This document shows positions 36,212 to 46,976 of a stretch of 64,000 bases of DNA, piece by piece. Origin of the DNA: Anaerohalosphaeraceae bacterium (GTDB lineage Bacteria > Planctomycetota > Phycisphaerae > Sedimentisphaerales > Anaerohalosphaeraceae); NCBI GenBank assembly GCA_963675525.2, contig CAXXSL010000016.1:832001-896000 (forward strand). Reading direction: 5' to 3'. The position numbers and the translations under genes were made by a program. How positions within the stretch are numbered: the first letter of the stretch is position 1; each line of letters opens with the position of its first letter. The notes below the pieces were generated by a model. That model did no database searches. It saw only the letters and a program-made list of their open reading frames with translations, and was not told the origin of the DNA.

Positions 36212-38897
36212 ATGAATAAACGAACGGTTGTTTGGACCTTGATACTGTTTTTAAGCGCGGCTGTTTATGCGGCCGGTGAACAGGGGGCGGTTTATAAGGA
36301 TACTTCTGCTGATTTTGAATCGCGTGCGGCGGACTTGGTTGAGCGGATGACGCTGGAGGAAAAGATTTCCCAGTTGGGCGATAACGCCCCGGGTATTGAG
36401 CGGCTTGGGGTCCCGGCATATAACTGGTGGAATGAGTGTCTGCATGGCGTTGCGCGGGCGGGTGTTGCGACGGTTTTCCCGCAGGCGATCGGTATGGCGG
36501 CGACGTTTGATCGTTCAATAATGTATGATACGGCCTGCATCATCAGCGATGAGGCGCGGGCCAAACATCACGAATTTGCTCGCAATCATGATTACGGTCG
36601 CTATAAAGGGCTGACGTTCTGGTCGCCGAATATCAATATTTTCCGTGACCCCCGCTGGGGCCGGGGGCATGAGACCTACGGCGAAGACCCTTATTTAACC
36701 GGTCAGATGGGCATTCAGTTTGTGCGCGGCTTGCAGGGCGACGACCCGAAATATCTCAAGCTTGTTGCGACTGCCAAGCATTATGCGGTTCATAACGGGC
36801 CGGAGCCCGACCGGCACACCTTTAACGCGGTTGTGAATGCGCGCGATCTGTGGGAAACGTATTTGCCTGCGTTTTACGACCTGGTTGTTACCGGTAAGGC
36901 ATATTCTGTGATGGGGGCGTATAACCGAGTCGATGGCGAGTCGGCCTCGGCTAGTTGGATGCTGCTGGACGACATTCTCCGCAAGCAATGGAAATTTGAT
37001 GGGTATGTCGTATCCGATTGCGGTGCGATCCGGGATATTTATGCCAATCACAAGATCGTTAGTGACGCAGAAGAAGCGGCCGCGATCGGTGTTCGCAGAG
37101 GCTGTGACCTGAACTGTGGGGGCGTGTATCAACAGTCACTGCTGGAGTCCGTCAGAGATGGGCTGATCGATGAAGGGGAGATCGACCTGGCGGTTTATCG
37201 TTTGATGCTGGCTCGCATGAAGCTGGGGATGTTTGACCCGCCGGAGATGGTGCCGTATGCGCAGATTCCTTATTCGGTCAACAATTGTGAAAAACATAGC
37301 GAAGCGGCGCTGGCGATGGCCCGCAAGTCGATGACGCTGTTGAAGAACGAGGGGCTGTTGCCGCTGGATAAAAGCAAGATCAAAACGATTGCGGTTGTGG
37401 GTCCGAATGCGGACAGTGTAGCGGCTTTGCGCGGCAATTACTTCGGAGATGCGTCGAGTCCTGTGACTGTTCTGGAAGGAATTCGACAGGCCGTGGGCGA
37501 TAAGGTCCAGGTGCTATACTCGTTGGGATGCCCCCTGGCTGAAGGCGTTGGCGAGGCCGCTTTCCCGATTGTTGATTCGAAATACTTGTTTACCACCGAC
37601 GATACGGGCCGGGATGTTCATGGTTTAAAAGGAAACTATTACCGCGGTGTAAGTCTGCAGGGCGAACCGGTGATGAGCCGTATTGACAGCGGTATCAAGA
37701 TGGACTGGGGATACACCTCGCCCACGACAACAGCGATCGCTCAGGGTATTTTGTCTGCAGACAGAAAAATCGATAATGATAATTTTTCGGTACGGTGGAC
37801 CGGACAACTTCTCGCCCCCGTCAGCGGCGAATACAAGTTGGGTGTGACATCCGACGATGGGTGCCGGCTCTATGTTGACGGAAAAAAGATCATCGACGGC
37901 TGGTCGAAACATGCAATGGAAGCGTTTGTCGCTGATATCACGCTGGAGGAAGGTAAACGCTATGACATAACGATTGAATATTATGAGGAAAGCCAGCATG
38001 CGGGCATTCACTTTGTCTGGGTGCAGCCCGAATCGGGAAAACCTCCCAACGCAGACTATTGCCCACCAGACGATTGAAGATGTGTCAAAAGCAGACGTGG
38101 CGATCTTTGTAGGCGGGCTTGACGCGAATTTAGAAGGTGAAGAAATGCGACTTGAGGTAGAAGGTTTCAATCGCGGTGACCGTACGAAAATAGAACTGCC
38201 TGCGGTTCAGTTGGAAACACTCAGAGCGATCCAGAAAACCGGAACGCCGGTTGTGTTCGTTCTGTTGGCGGGCAGCTCGATTGCCTTTGATGGAGTAGAT
38301 ACAAACACTCCGGCGATTCTGATGGCGTGGTATCCCGGTCAGCGCGGCGGCGATGCGGTGGCGGATGTGCTGTTCGGTGAGTACAATCCGGCTGGGCGAC
38401 TGCCCGTTACGTTCTATACATCAACAGATGAACTGGGCGATTTCAGCGATTACCACATGGTCGGCGGCAAGGGCAAGACCTACCGTTATTATCAGGGCAA
38501 GCCGTTGTATCCGTTTGGGCACGGGCTCAGTTTTACGACGTTTAAGTATTCGGACATGATAATCAGTCGGGACGAAATCGGTGCCGATGAGACGGTGACG
38601 GTTTCGGTGGATGTGGTCAATACCGGCACGCGGGACGGCGAGGAAGTCGTGCAGTTGTATGTGCGCGAGGTGAAATCGCCGCGGCCGATGCCGGTCAAGC
38701 AGCTTCGGGGATTTGAACGTGTGTTTCTGGAAAAGGGTCAAAAGAAGACCGTTACCTTCAAACTAAAGCCCATAGAAGATATGCGTTATTACGATGCTCA
38801 GCAACAGCAATATCAAGTAGAACCCGGCGAATTTGAAATTCAGATCGGTGCTTCCAGCAGTGATATCCGGCAAAAGGACACGCTTACGGTGAAGTGA
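36212..38897 (+). CDS. GH3 beta-xylosidase/glucosidase with PA14 insert, with one frameshift near 38040
   Basis: WNECLHGV, FRDPRWGRGHETYGEDP, ATAKHYAVH, VVSDCGA, PA14 (FSVRWTG, SDDGCRL); C-terminal half (WYPGQRGG, PFGHGLS, EVVQLY) in ORF 37974-38897. Confidence 0.9.
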
Positions 38898-38989
38898 TGC
38901 GGGATTTGAACAGATCATCTTGCAATTTGGCCTGATTTATGGGAAACTCCCATCGATATATGAACTGCTTTTGAGTTGATGGAGAAACC

Positions 38990-39913
38990 ATGGGACTGTT
39001 TAGCAAGACCGTACAATATTTAAAAGAACATCTGGGCAAGACTCGCCAGAAAATCGCCTCGTCACTGTCGGCGGTGCTGACGCTGGGCCGGGATATCGAC
39101 GATGATTTGCTGGATCAGCTTGAGGAAACGCTTATCAGCGATGATATCGGTGTCGAAACGACCGCGCGGTTGATTGAAGACCTTCGCAGTGCCTATAAAA
39201 AAGGACAGATCAAGAAAACCGACGACGTCCTGCCATTCTTAAAAGAGCAGATGAAAAGCTGCTGGCCGGAATTGGACCGCCAACTCAATATGGCGCCATC
39301 GGGTCCGACCGTCATTCTGGTCGCGGGCATCAACGGCTCCGGCAAGACAACCAGCATCGCAAAACTGGCCTATATGCTCAACAAAAGCGGCAAAAAGGTT
39401 ATTGTTGCCGCCTGTGACACTTTCCGCGCTGCGGCGGTGGAGCAATTGACCATCTGGTCGGAACGCATTGGCGTTCAGATCGTCAAGCACAAATCCGGTG
39501 CCGACCCGGCGGCGGTGGCCTATGATGCCTGCCAAGCGGCGATATCGCGAGACGTCGACTACCTGATCATTGACACAGCGGGGCGGCTTCACACGCAAAG
39601 GCATTTGATGGAAGAACTTACGAAAATTCGTAATGTCATTACCAAGCACATCCCCGATGCCCCACACGAGGTGATCCTCGTCGTGGACGGCACCACCGGG
39701 CAAAACGCCATCATGCAGGCCAAGATCTTTACCAAGGCCATTAATGTAACAGGTATCTTTTTAGCGAAACTGGACGGCACCGCCCGCGGCGGTATCGTTA
39801 TAGCCATCAAGGACATGCTGGATATCCCGGTCAAGTTTGTCGGGTTAGGCGAAACACCCGAGGATATCGCCGAATTCGACCCGGACGGATTTGTTGAAGC
39901 ACTGTTTAATTAG
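38990..39913 (+). CDS. ftsY: signal recognition particle receptor FtsY
   Basis: GINGSGKTT, DTFRAAAVEQL, DTAGRLH, DGTTGQN, KLDGTARGG. Confidence 0.97.
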   Translation: MGLFSKTVQYLKEHLGKTRQKIASSLSAVLTLGRDIDDDLLDQLEETLISDDIGVETTARLIEDLRSAYKKGQIKKTDDVLPFLKEQMKSCWPELDRQLNMAPSGPTVILVAGINGSGKTTSIAKLAYMLNKSGKKVIVAACDTFRAAAVEQLTIWSERIGVQIVKHKSGADPAAVAYDACQAAISRDVDYLIIDTAGRLHTQRHLMEELTKIRNVITKHIPDAPHEVILVVDGTTGQNAIMQAKIFTKAINVTGIFLAKLDGTARGGIVIAIKDMLDIPVKFVGLGETPEDIAEFDPDGFVEALFN

Positions 39914-40048
39914 CCTATTTAATACACACGTAAACAATCTTCTGCACATAGAAAAATATTTCACATGGACAGAACACCTTAAAATTTCACCAAAATACAC
40001 ATAACTACATATAAAAAAAAATACTTAGGTCGTATTCTCCAAACCGAA

Positions 40049-40135
40049 AAATAATATGTGTTGTTTCTGTTTACAAAAAAAACACATATTATTTGTAGTT
40101 TGTCGTTGACATATTTGTTTTTCACGTTTATTATT
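40049..40135 (+). promoter_or_regulatory. 14-bp inverted repeat and sigma70 promoter of the AT-rich islet
   Basis: AAATAATATGTGTT (40049-40062) / AACACATATTATTT (40081-40094); TTGACA-17-TATTAT at 40107-40135. Confidence 0.55.
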
Positions 40136-40176
40136 AGAAACAAATAGTTTTTATTAGATATCTGAAAGGCAAAATT

Positions 40177-40641
40177 ATGGCCGTAAATATTACCATTACA
40201 GTACCCGAAGGGTTGCACGAAAGACTTCAAAAGGTCAAAAAGAATTTTAATGTCTCTTGGATTTGCCAAGAGGCAATCGGATTTGAAGTCAAAAGGCAGG
40301 AATTACTCCAAAGCGGTGTTGAAAACGATCAAGATGTAATTGAACGGCTTCGACTCGAAAAAGCGGAGTTAGCTAAGAAATCTTATGACTTGGGCTATAA
40401 GGCAGGTTTAAGTATTGCTAAGTATAGTTCTTATAACGATTTTCTTAAGTTAGATAGTCTAAGAAACCATGGTCCATGGGAAGCCATGTTCGAATTTTTA
40501 GGAAGCGAAGATTGGTTGTACATAGATACTGATTTCGATGAATATGAAGAAGAATTTCCGGGGCTGGATTCAGATCTTTTTGCAAAGGGCTGTTTTGCAG
40601 CGGTTGTGGATTTCTATGACAAGATTAAAGACCAGTTGTAA
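40177..40641 (+). CDS. hypothetical protein with N-terminal ribbon-helix-helix-like (antitoxin-like) region
   Basis: NITITVPEGLHERL..VK..FNVSWICQEAI pattern followed by coiled coil and acidic C-terminus. Confidence 0.7.
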   Translation: MAVNITITVPEGLHERLQKVKKNFNVSWICQEAIGFEVKRQELLQSGVENDQDVIERLRLEKAELAKKSYDLGYKAGLSIAKYSSYNDFLKLDSLRNHGPWEAMFEFLGSEDWLYIDTDFDEYEEEFPGLDSDLFAKGCFAAVVDFYDKIKDQL

Positions 40642-40668
40642 TATTAACCAATATTAAGGAGGTTAGCG

Positions 40669-41172
40669 ATGTCGAATAATTTTGATTTTGCACGGTGTTT
40701 TGCTCCCGATGTTGCCGATCGTTTAAACAGGGCTGATGACTATCTGGCGTATCATGAGGATTCGGTGGCTGCCCTTGAGTCTGCCGGCACAGCACTGGAG
40801 CAACTTGTTAAACATATCGCGATCAAAGAGGGGTTATCAGATACAGACTTCTTTGGTCTACGTCTAGAAGAAAAAATTGAATACCTCGAAAAGAAATCAA
40901 GCTGCCCCCACAAGATTATCACTTGGATGAGTTTTATTCGAAAGAAAAGGAATAAGGCCTCTCATCGAAATGAAGCCAGAGAATATGATGCAGGCGTTGC
41001 CCTTAAAAACGCACATCGTATTTTAAAATGGTGTGTTGAGAATTATCAACTTGGAATCGCGACGGATTATATGGAAAGGGGTTATAGCGATGGGCCGGTG
41101 GTTTGCATTCAAGGTTCATTAAGGCCGTTGAATCATAATCTCCGGCAAAATACACTTTTAGTAATGATGTGA
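40669..41172 (+). CDS. DUF4145/HEPN-like domain protein
   Basis: AGGAGG RBS; SNNFDF, ALEQLVKHI, LEEKIEYL, IRKKRNKASH (Rx4H). Confidence 0.7.
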   Translation: MSNNFDFARCFAPDVADRLNRADDYLAYHEDSVAALESAGTALEQLVKHIAIKEGLSDTDFFGLRLEEKIEYLEKKSSCPHKIITWMSFIRKKRNKASHRNEAREYDAGVALKNAHRILKWCVENYQLGIATDYMERGYSDGPVVCIQGSLRPLNHNLRQNTLLVMM

Positions 41173-41203
41173 CGGATTTGTCACAGTAAAGGAAAGGGAA
41201 AAC

Positions 41204-41392
41204 ATGACAATTCTTCAAGTAATGACAAGATTTCTTTATGGCATCCCAAGTTGGAGTAAGACTTTAACAACTGACGGTGTCTGTTTAATGTCATATGGAG
41301 TTGTGATAGCAAGATGGTCGAAAGGTCGTATTCTTATGCCTGAGACTGATGTATTTACTGCAGAACGACAGAAAGGCATCGAAAAAAAATAA
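41204..41392 (+). CDS. small hypothetical protein, possibly a remnant
   Basis: 62 aa with AGGG RBS; AT-rich. Confidence 0.35.
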   Translation: MTILQVMTRFLYGIPSWSKTLTTDGVCLMSYGVVIARWSKGRILMPETDVFTAERQKGIEKK

Positions 41393-41531
41393 AAACCCTA
41401 GCAACAAGCCTCAAAATCCCCATCTTAAAAGAGTCTGACTGTCTTGTTTAGCGGCAATTTCTTAGATTCTTTTTTCTTTAAAGGTTCATTGTTTGATGAG
41501 TATAGTTTTTCACAGTTGGCTGTTATAAGCC

Positions 41532-41559
41532 TTGACAAAGGGTGAGCTTAGATTATAAT
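41532..41559 (+). promoter_or_regulatory. sigma70-type promoter of the nusA-infB operon
   Basis: TTGACA-16 nt-TATAAT. Confidence 0.65.
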
Positions 41560-41830
41560 CACAGTTTCTGAGAAATTTGATTGGATAGGAATAAGGACGT
41601 GATGATGATTCGATTAGGAAAAGTAAGTCGTGCATACGCATAGGGTTACAGGTGACCCGGCGGGCATTTTGCCGCTGCGCAACCGGCTTCTTTTGAATGA
41701 TAGACGCTCTTCAGTGACTTTGCAGAACGCGTGTTTTGGGAGGGTATCATGAACTGAGGGTAGGACAAATTTTGTTCAACCCGGCCCGGAAATATGATTC
41801 TTCGGGCCTGTTTGTGTTCTGTGTGAGTCG

Positions 41831-41861
41831 AAGTGGCAACCCGAAGGTTTCCACTTTTTTT
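41831..41861 (+). terminator. leader terminator/attenuator upstream of nusA
   Basis: AAGTGG.AACC-cgaa-GGTT.CCACTT plus T run, 27 nt before nusA; resembles the hairpin commonly found before rimP-nusA operons. Confidence 0.7.
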
Positions 41862-41887
41862 ATTTTGGTGCAAAGGAAAAGGACAAG

Positions 41888-43099
41888 ATGAATCAAGAAT
41901 TGATCAGGATCATTGAGAACATCGCCCGAGACAAGAATATTGACAAAGAGTCAATTTTTCAGGACCTGGAATCGGCTATGGTGTCTGCTGCCCGCAAGCA
42001 TTTTGGCGTTCAGCACGCTACTGAGGTCGAAGTGTCGGTTCATATTGACCGCACGACCGGGGATATTCGAGCCTTTAAAGATGAGGTTGAGATTGATATT
42101 CGCCAGCTTGGCAGGATTCCCGCTCAAACGGCCAAACAGGTCATGATCCAGAAAATCAAAGCCGATGAACGGGACAGCATTTTTACCGAATATGTTCAAC
42201 GGAAAGGCGAGGTCGTCAATGGCATCGCCGGACGGTTCGAAGGCGGGACGCTGATCGTCAATCTTGAAAATCGTGTCGAGGCGATTATGCCAAAGTCCGA
42301 GCAGATTACCGGTGCCAGCCATCACCCCGGCGAACGTGTCCGGGCAATGATCCTGGATGTTCGGGAATCGGCCAGTCAGATCAAGATCGTTCTGTCACGG
42401 ACCCATCCGGACTTTATCCGCAAGCTCTTTGATCAGGAAGTGCCGGAAGTGGCCGAGGGAATCATTGAAATTAAATCACTGTCCCGCGAAGCGGGTTACC
42501 GCACAAAGATCGCCGTGGATACCATTGATGATAAGGTGGACCCGGTTGGCGCCTGTGTGGGTGTTCGCGGCAGCCGGATTCGTAATATTGTGGACGAACT
42601 GGGCGGCGAAAAGATCGATATTGTTCGCTGGAGCGATTCATCACAGGTGTTGATCGCCAATGCCCTCATGCCCGCAAAAGTCAGCGAGATCGCGATCTGT
42701 TTTGAGCTGGGACGGGCAACTGTCGTGGTGACCGAGGATCAGTTGTCTTTGGCGATCGGCAAGCATGGCCAGAATGTACGTCTGGCCGCCCGCCTGACCG
42801 GTTGGGACATCGATATTCTGACACCCAATGAATATAATAAGGAAGTGGATCGCCTGGCCGGTTGCTTAAAGGAACTGGAAGGTGTCGACGAGAATTTTGT
42901 GGATAAACTGCTGGCCCTGGGAATTATTTCAGTGCTGGATCTGGAAGAAGTCGGAACCGGTCCGCTGATTGAAGAACTGGGTATTTCCGAAGACATCGCC
43001 GGCCGGATTATCCAGGCTGCTGAGGAAGCCGCCAAGAAAGCGGCCGCCGAATCCACTCAAGCCAAGGAATTGTTGCAACAGGAACGAAAAAACAAATAA
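41888..43099 (+). CDS. nusA: transcription termination/antitermination factor NusA
   Basis: GRIPAQTAKQV, S1 domain, REAGYRTKIAV, GACVGVRGSRI, LSLAIGKHGQNVRLAARLTGWDIDI. Confidence 0.98.
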   Translation: MNQELIRIIENIARDKNIDKESIFQDLESAMVSAARKHFGVQHATEVEVSVHIDRTTGDIRAFKDEVEIDIRQLGRIPAQTAKQVMIQKIKADERDSIFTEYVQRKGEVVNGIAGRFEGGTLIVNLENRVEAIMPKSEQITGASHHPGERVRAMILDVRESASQIKIVLSRTHPDFIRKLFDQEVPEVAEGIIEIKSLSREAGYRTKIAVDTIDDKVDPVGACVGVRGSRIRNIVDELGGEKIDIVRWSDSSQVLIANALMPAKVSEIAICFELGRATVVVTEDQLSLAIGKHGQNVRLAARLTGWDIDILTPNEYNKEVDRLAGCLKELEGVDENFVDKLLALGIISVLDLEEVGTGPLIEELGISEDIAGRIIQAAEEAAKKAAAESTQAKELLQQERKNK

Positions 43100-43153
43100 A
43101 TAATGGTGGACCGGCGAATTCGGGCAGGTTGCCCCAAAGATATTTAAAGGGAG

Positions 43154-45766
43154 ATGGTTTTGGCTAAAGCGAGCACACGAGTACATTTACTGGCCAAGGA
43201 ATTAAGTGTTAACAGTAAGGCGATTGTTGAAAAGTGTCAAGCCGAAGGGCTGGACCAGGTTAAAAACCACATGTCGACGATCTCGGCGGGTTTGGCGGCG
43301 ACCATTCGTGAATGGTTCAGTGATGGCGAACACGTCACGACCGTTGAGGTCAGCAAACGTGTCGATCTTAAAAAAGTCCGGGTGAAACGAACAAAAAAGA
43401 AAGCTCCTGAAGCCCCTGTCGAAGCGGTTGTAAAAGAAGCGGTCGAACAAGAAACTGTGCCGGAACAATCTGAAGCTGTTGAAGCGGTTGCCGAGAAGCC
43501 CCCGACTGTTGCGGCAGAAGAAAAGAAAGAACCTCAAGCCGGCGAACAGCCCGAAGAAGCAGCTCCGGCGGAAGAAAAGCCGAAAAAGAAGAAAGAAAAG
43601 AAAAAACCCGAGCCGATTGTGCCGGCCGGTCCGATGCTGGAAAAACCCAAGCCGGCAGTGCTGTCAGGCCCGACTGTGATTCGTGTCGAAAAGATCGAAG
43701 ACGAAGTCCGACCCAAACGGCGAAAACCGGTACGTGTCAACCAGAATCAGCCGATTGCCGGACCGGTGATCATTCCTGATAATAATCTGGTTAAGGGGAA
43801 AAAAGCCGGTAAAGCTAAAACGCACGGGCGAAAAAAAGATATCGCTGATGAGGCTCGTCCGAAGATCGATATTAAGCGGATGCGCGCACGCGACATCGAG
43901 GAACGGCAGGCGCGTTTGGCTGCCGCGCGCGGTGAGTCGCTGCGGGCCAAGCCTTCCAGGCGTATTGAATCAAGAAAAGCCGAAGATGTCACACCTGTCG
44001 AGCGTCCCGAAAAAGCAGCCGTTAGCGAACCGATCACTGTTAAAGACCTTTCTTCTGCGTTGGCGGTCAAAGTCAGTGATATTATTACCAAGCTGATGCG
44101 TCAGGGAATCCTGGCAACGGCGAATCATGTTATCGCGACCGATGTTGCTGAACTGGTTGCGTTGGATTTCGGCACGGAGTTGATCATTGAGCACAAAAAG
44201 AGTTTTCTCGATGACATTGAACAGCAATATAAGGACCGCCCTCGCAGCAAACTTGCCAAGCGTCCGCCGGTTGTGACGATGCTGGGCCACGTTGACCACG
44301 GTAAGACCAGCTTGCTGGATAGAATTCGTCAAAGCAGTGTGGCGGCCGGAGAAGCAGGCGGCATCACACAGCACATCGGGGCCTACCAGGTTGAGTTGAA
44401 CGGCAAAAAAGTGACCTTCCTCGACACGCCGGGCCACGAAGCCTTTACCGCGATGCGGGCACGCGGCGCCAACATGACCGATATTGTTGTGCTGGTACTT
44501 GCCGCTGACGACGGGGTGATGCCACAGACGATTGAGGCGATTCATCATGCCAAAGCTGCCGGTGTAACAATCATCGTTGCGTTGAACAAGATCGACATTC
44601 CGGGTGTGGATATCAATCGTATTTATGGGCAGCTTGCTGAACATGAGTTAACACCCGCAGAATGGAGCGGAACAACCGAAATCGTGAAAACCAGCGCAAT
44701 AACCGGACTGGGGATCGAAGACCTGATCGACCATCTCGATTATCAGGCCGAGCTGAATGACTATCAGGCCGATCCGACCATCCCGGCCTGCGGCTGGGTT
44801 GTTGAATCGAAAATGTCCCAGACAAAAGGACCCGTAGCGACGATATTGGTCAAGGAAGGCACCCTTAATAAAGGCGATGTGGTACTGGCCGGCGGCGCCT
44901 ACGGCAGGGTGCGGAATATGACCGACAGCCGGGGCAAAAGCGTCAAAAAAGCAACGCCGTCAATGCCCGTGGAAATTACAGGATTAGATAGCGTACCCTC
45001 TGCCGGAGATCGATTTTATTGTCTGGAAGATATCAACAAGGCCAAGCAGGCCTCGTATGAAATTAAAAGTGCCAATCGTGAAGAGACGTTGGCCCGGCGG
45101 TCACAGATCACCCTGGACAATCTGTTCTCGCAGATCGAGGCTGGTAATGTCAAGGAATTGAACCTGATCGTCAAGGCCGATGTGCAGGGTTCGGTGGACG
45201 TTTTGATTAAGTATCTGACACAACTGAGCACGGATGAGGTTAAAGTTAAAGTGATCCACGCAGCAGTGGGCGGGATCGGCGAGGGCGACGTGGTGCTGGC
45301 CGAAGCATCTTCAGCGATCATTATCGGCTTTAATGTGGTTCCGGACGAACGCGTTCGTCAGATTGCCGATGGCCGAAAAGTTGACATCCGGCTTTACAGC
45401 ATCATCTATCGGATCACCGAAGATCTGAAAGCGGCTATGGTGGGTCTGCTGGAACCGGAGTTCGAGGAGAAAACACTGGGCCGCCTGATTGTTCGAAACA
45501 CGTTCAAGGTCTCAGGATTAGGAACGATTGCCGGCTGTTATGTTTCCAGCGGCCTTGTGAATAAAAATGCGTCGCTGAGGCTGATCCGAGATAATATTGT
45601 GGTCAGAGATAAATGTGTTATTGACTCCCTGAAGCACTTTAAGGACGACGCTAAAGAAGTCAAGGCCGGGCTGGAGTGTGGTGTCAAGATTGCCGGTTTC
45701 GATGACGTCAAAGTTGACGATGAATTTGAAGTGTATGAGATTGTTGAGATTGCCCGTTCGCTTTAA
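43154..45766 (+). CDS. infB: translation initiation factor IF-2
   Basis: [52 protein letters not shown]. Confidence 0.99.
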   Translation: MVLAKASTRVHLLAKELSVNSKAIVEKCQAEGLDQVKNHMSTISAGLAATIREWFSDGEHVTTVEVSKRVDLKKVRVKRTKKKAPEAPVEAVVKEAVEQETVPEQSEAVEAVAEKPPTVAAEEKKEPQAGEQPEEAAPAEEKPKKKKEKKKPEPIVPAGPMLEKPKPAVLSGPTVIRVEKIEDEVRPKRRKPVRVNQNQPIAGPVIIPDNNLVKGKKAGKAKTHGRKKDIADEARPKIDIKRMRARDIEERQARLAAARGESLRAKPSRRIESRKAEDVTPVERPEKAAVSEPITVKDLSSALAVKVSDIITKLMRQGILATANHVIATDVAELVALDFGTELIIEHKKSFLDDIEQQYKDRPRSKLAKRPPVVTMLGHVDHGKTSLLDRIRQSSVAAGEAGGITQHIGAYQVELNGKKVTFLDTPGHEAFTAMRARGANMTDIVVLVLAADDGVMPQTIEAIHHAKAAGVTIIVALNKIDIPGVDINRIYGQLAEHELTPAEWSGTTEIVKTSAITGLGIEDLIDHLDYQAELNDYQADPTIPACGWVVESKMSQTKGPVATILVKEGTLNKGDVVLAGGAYGRVRNMTDSRGKSVKKATPSMPVEITGLDSVPSAGDRFYCLEDINKAKQASYEIKSANREETLARRSQITLDNLFSQIEAGNVKELNLIVKADVQGSVDVLIKYLTQLSTDEVKVKVIHAAVGGIGEGDVVLAEASSAIIIGFNVVPDERVRQIADGRKVDIRLYSIIYRITEDLKAAMVGLLEPEFEEKTLGRLIVRNTFKVSGLGTIAGCYVSSGLVNKNASLRLIRDNIVVRDKCVIDSLKHFKDDAKEVKAGLECGVKIAGFDDVKVDDEFEVYEIVEIARSL

Positions 45767-45797
45767 TGTGCGGCCGCGATAACAAAAGGAAACGGTG

Positions 45798-46193
45798 ATG
45801 CCATCCAGAAGACAGCAAAAAATTGCACGGGTGATCAAAGAGTCGGTCAGCCGGACGATTCAGACTCGGCTTAGCGACCCGCGCATTACCGGACTGGTGA
45901 GTGTAACCGAAGTGGATATTTCACCGGATTCAAAGAACGCAAAGGTTTATTTGAGCATTCTGTCCGCCGATGAAAAAAGTGCAGGCCGGACATTTACGGC
46001 GATCGGCCATGCCGCCGGGCATATTCAGGCCCAGTTGGGGCATGAGTTGACCGGACGAACCTGTCCGCATTTGCAGTTTGAACGTGATGAAAAAGTAAAG
46101 AAAACACTGGAAACACTTCGCCTGATCGAACAGGCCCAGCAGGAATATCGCGAACATCCTTTGGTGGATGAAACGACGGAACCGGAAGAATGA
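45798..46193 (+). CDS. rbfA: ribosome-binding factor A
   Basis: DPRI...SVTEVDISPD.KNAKVY, R.CPHLQF; follows infB. Confidence 0.93.
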   Translation: MPSRRQQKIARVIKESVSRTIQTRLSDPRITGLVSVTEVDISPDSKNAKVYLSILSADEKSAGRTFTAIGHAAGHIQAQLGHELTGRTCPHLQFERDEKVKKTLETLRLIEQAQQEYREHPLVDETTEPEE

Positions 46194-46208
46194 TTAGTTG
46201 GTGATCTT

Positions 46209-46946
46209 ATGAAAGACAGTAAAAACTATAGCCCGAAAATCACAAAACTATTCCGTTCACTGAAACGGAAACATAAGAGTGTCGAGATGCCGACCTACGC
46301 TGACCCCGTGCAGGCAATCGTCGATGCAATGGTGGCCGAGTTCATGGATACGGCGAACACCGCACGGACATTAAAGCGTATGAAGAGTCATTTTGTAGAC
46401 CTGAACGATCTGCGGGTTTGCCGCAAAGAGGAAGTGCTGGACGTATTCAGGGAAAGCTCCGTAGAAGCTGAAAAATCCGCGGCGGCGATGACGCAGATAC
46501 TCAACGCCGTTTTTGAAAAACACAACAAGGTTACACTGGATTTCCTTCGTCATGAAGGGAAACGCCAGGCCAAGAAAGAGCTCGAAGAAATAGAAGGAAT
46601 AACACTGTTTTCAACGAATTACTGTTTTTTGACGGCGCTGGACGGTCACGCGATCCCCTTGAATACAAAGATGCTTCGGTACCTTCGTGAGAATGAACTG
46701 GTGCATCCCGAAGCGACTGAGCAGGAAATCGCCGGGTTTCTGGAACGCCAGATTTCCGCCGCCGACGCTTATACGTTTTATGTGGTGTTGAAATACGAGG
46801 CTGAAGAGCAAAAGCCATCGCCTAAAAAAGCGACGAAGCAGAAAGCTGAAAAAACAAAGACGGCGACCAAAAAAACAGCAAAAAAGACGGCAAAAAAAAC
46901 CGTTAAAAAGAGAGTATCGAAAAAGAAAGAAACCAAAAAGAAGTAA
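46209..46946 (+). CDS. HhH-GPD/endonuclease III-like protein with Lys-rich tail
   Basis: FVDLNDLRV, L..IEGI, HAIPL; no Fe-S Cys motif; C-terminal KKTAKK repeats. Confidence 0.65.
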   Translation: MKDSKNYSPKITKLFRSLKRKHKSVEMPTYADPVQAIVDAMVAEFMDTANTARTLKRMKSHFVDLNDLRVCRKEEVLDVFRESSVEAEKSAAAMTQILNAVFEKHNKVTLDFLRHEGKRQAKKELEEIEGITLFSTNYCFLTALDGHAIPLNTKMLRYLRENELVHPEATEQEIAGFLERQISAADAYTFYVVLKYEAEEQKPSPKKATKQKAEKTKTATKKTAKKTAKKTVKKRVSKKKETKKK

Positions 46947-46976
46947 TCGAAAGAGAACAAACGGAAAGGCAGCAAG

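Noticed and set aside
41560..41830. 6S RNA, SRP RNA or tRNA
   Set aside because: No long closing stem with central bubble, no SRP helix-8 motif and no cloverleaf or TTCGA arm.
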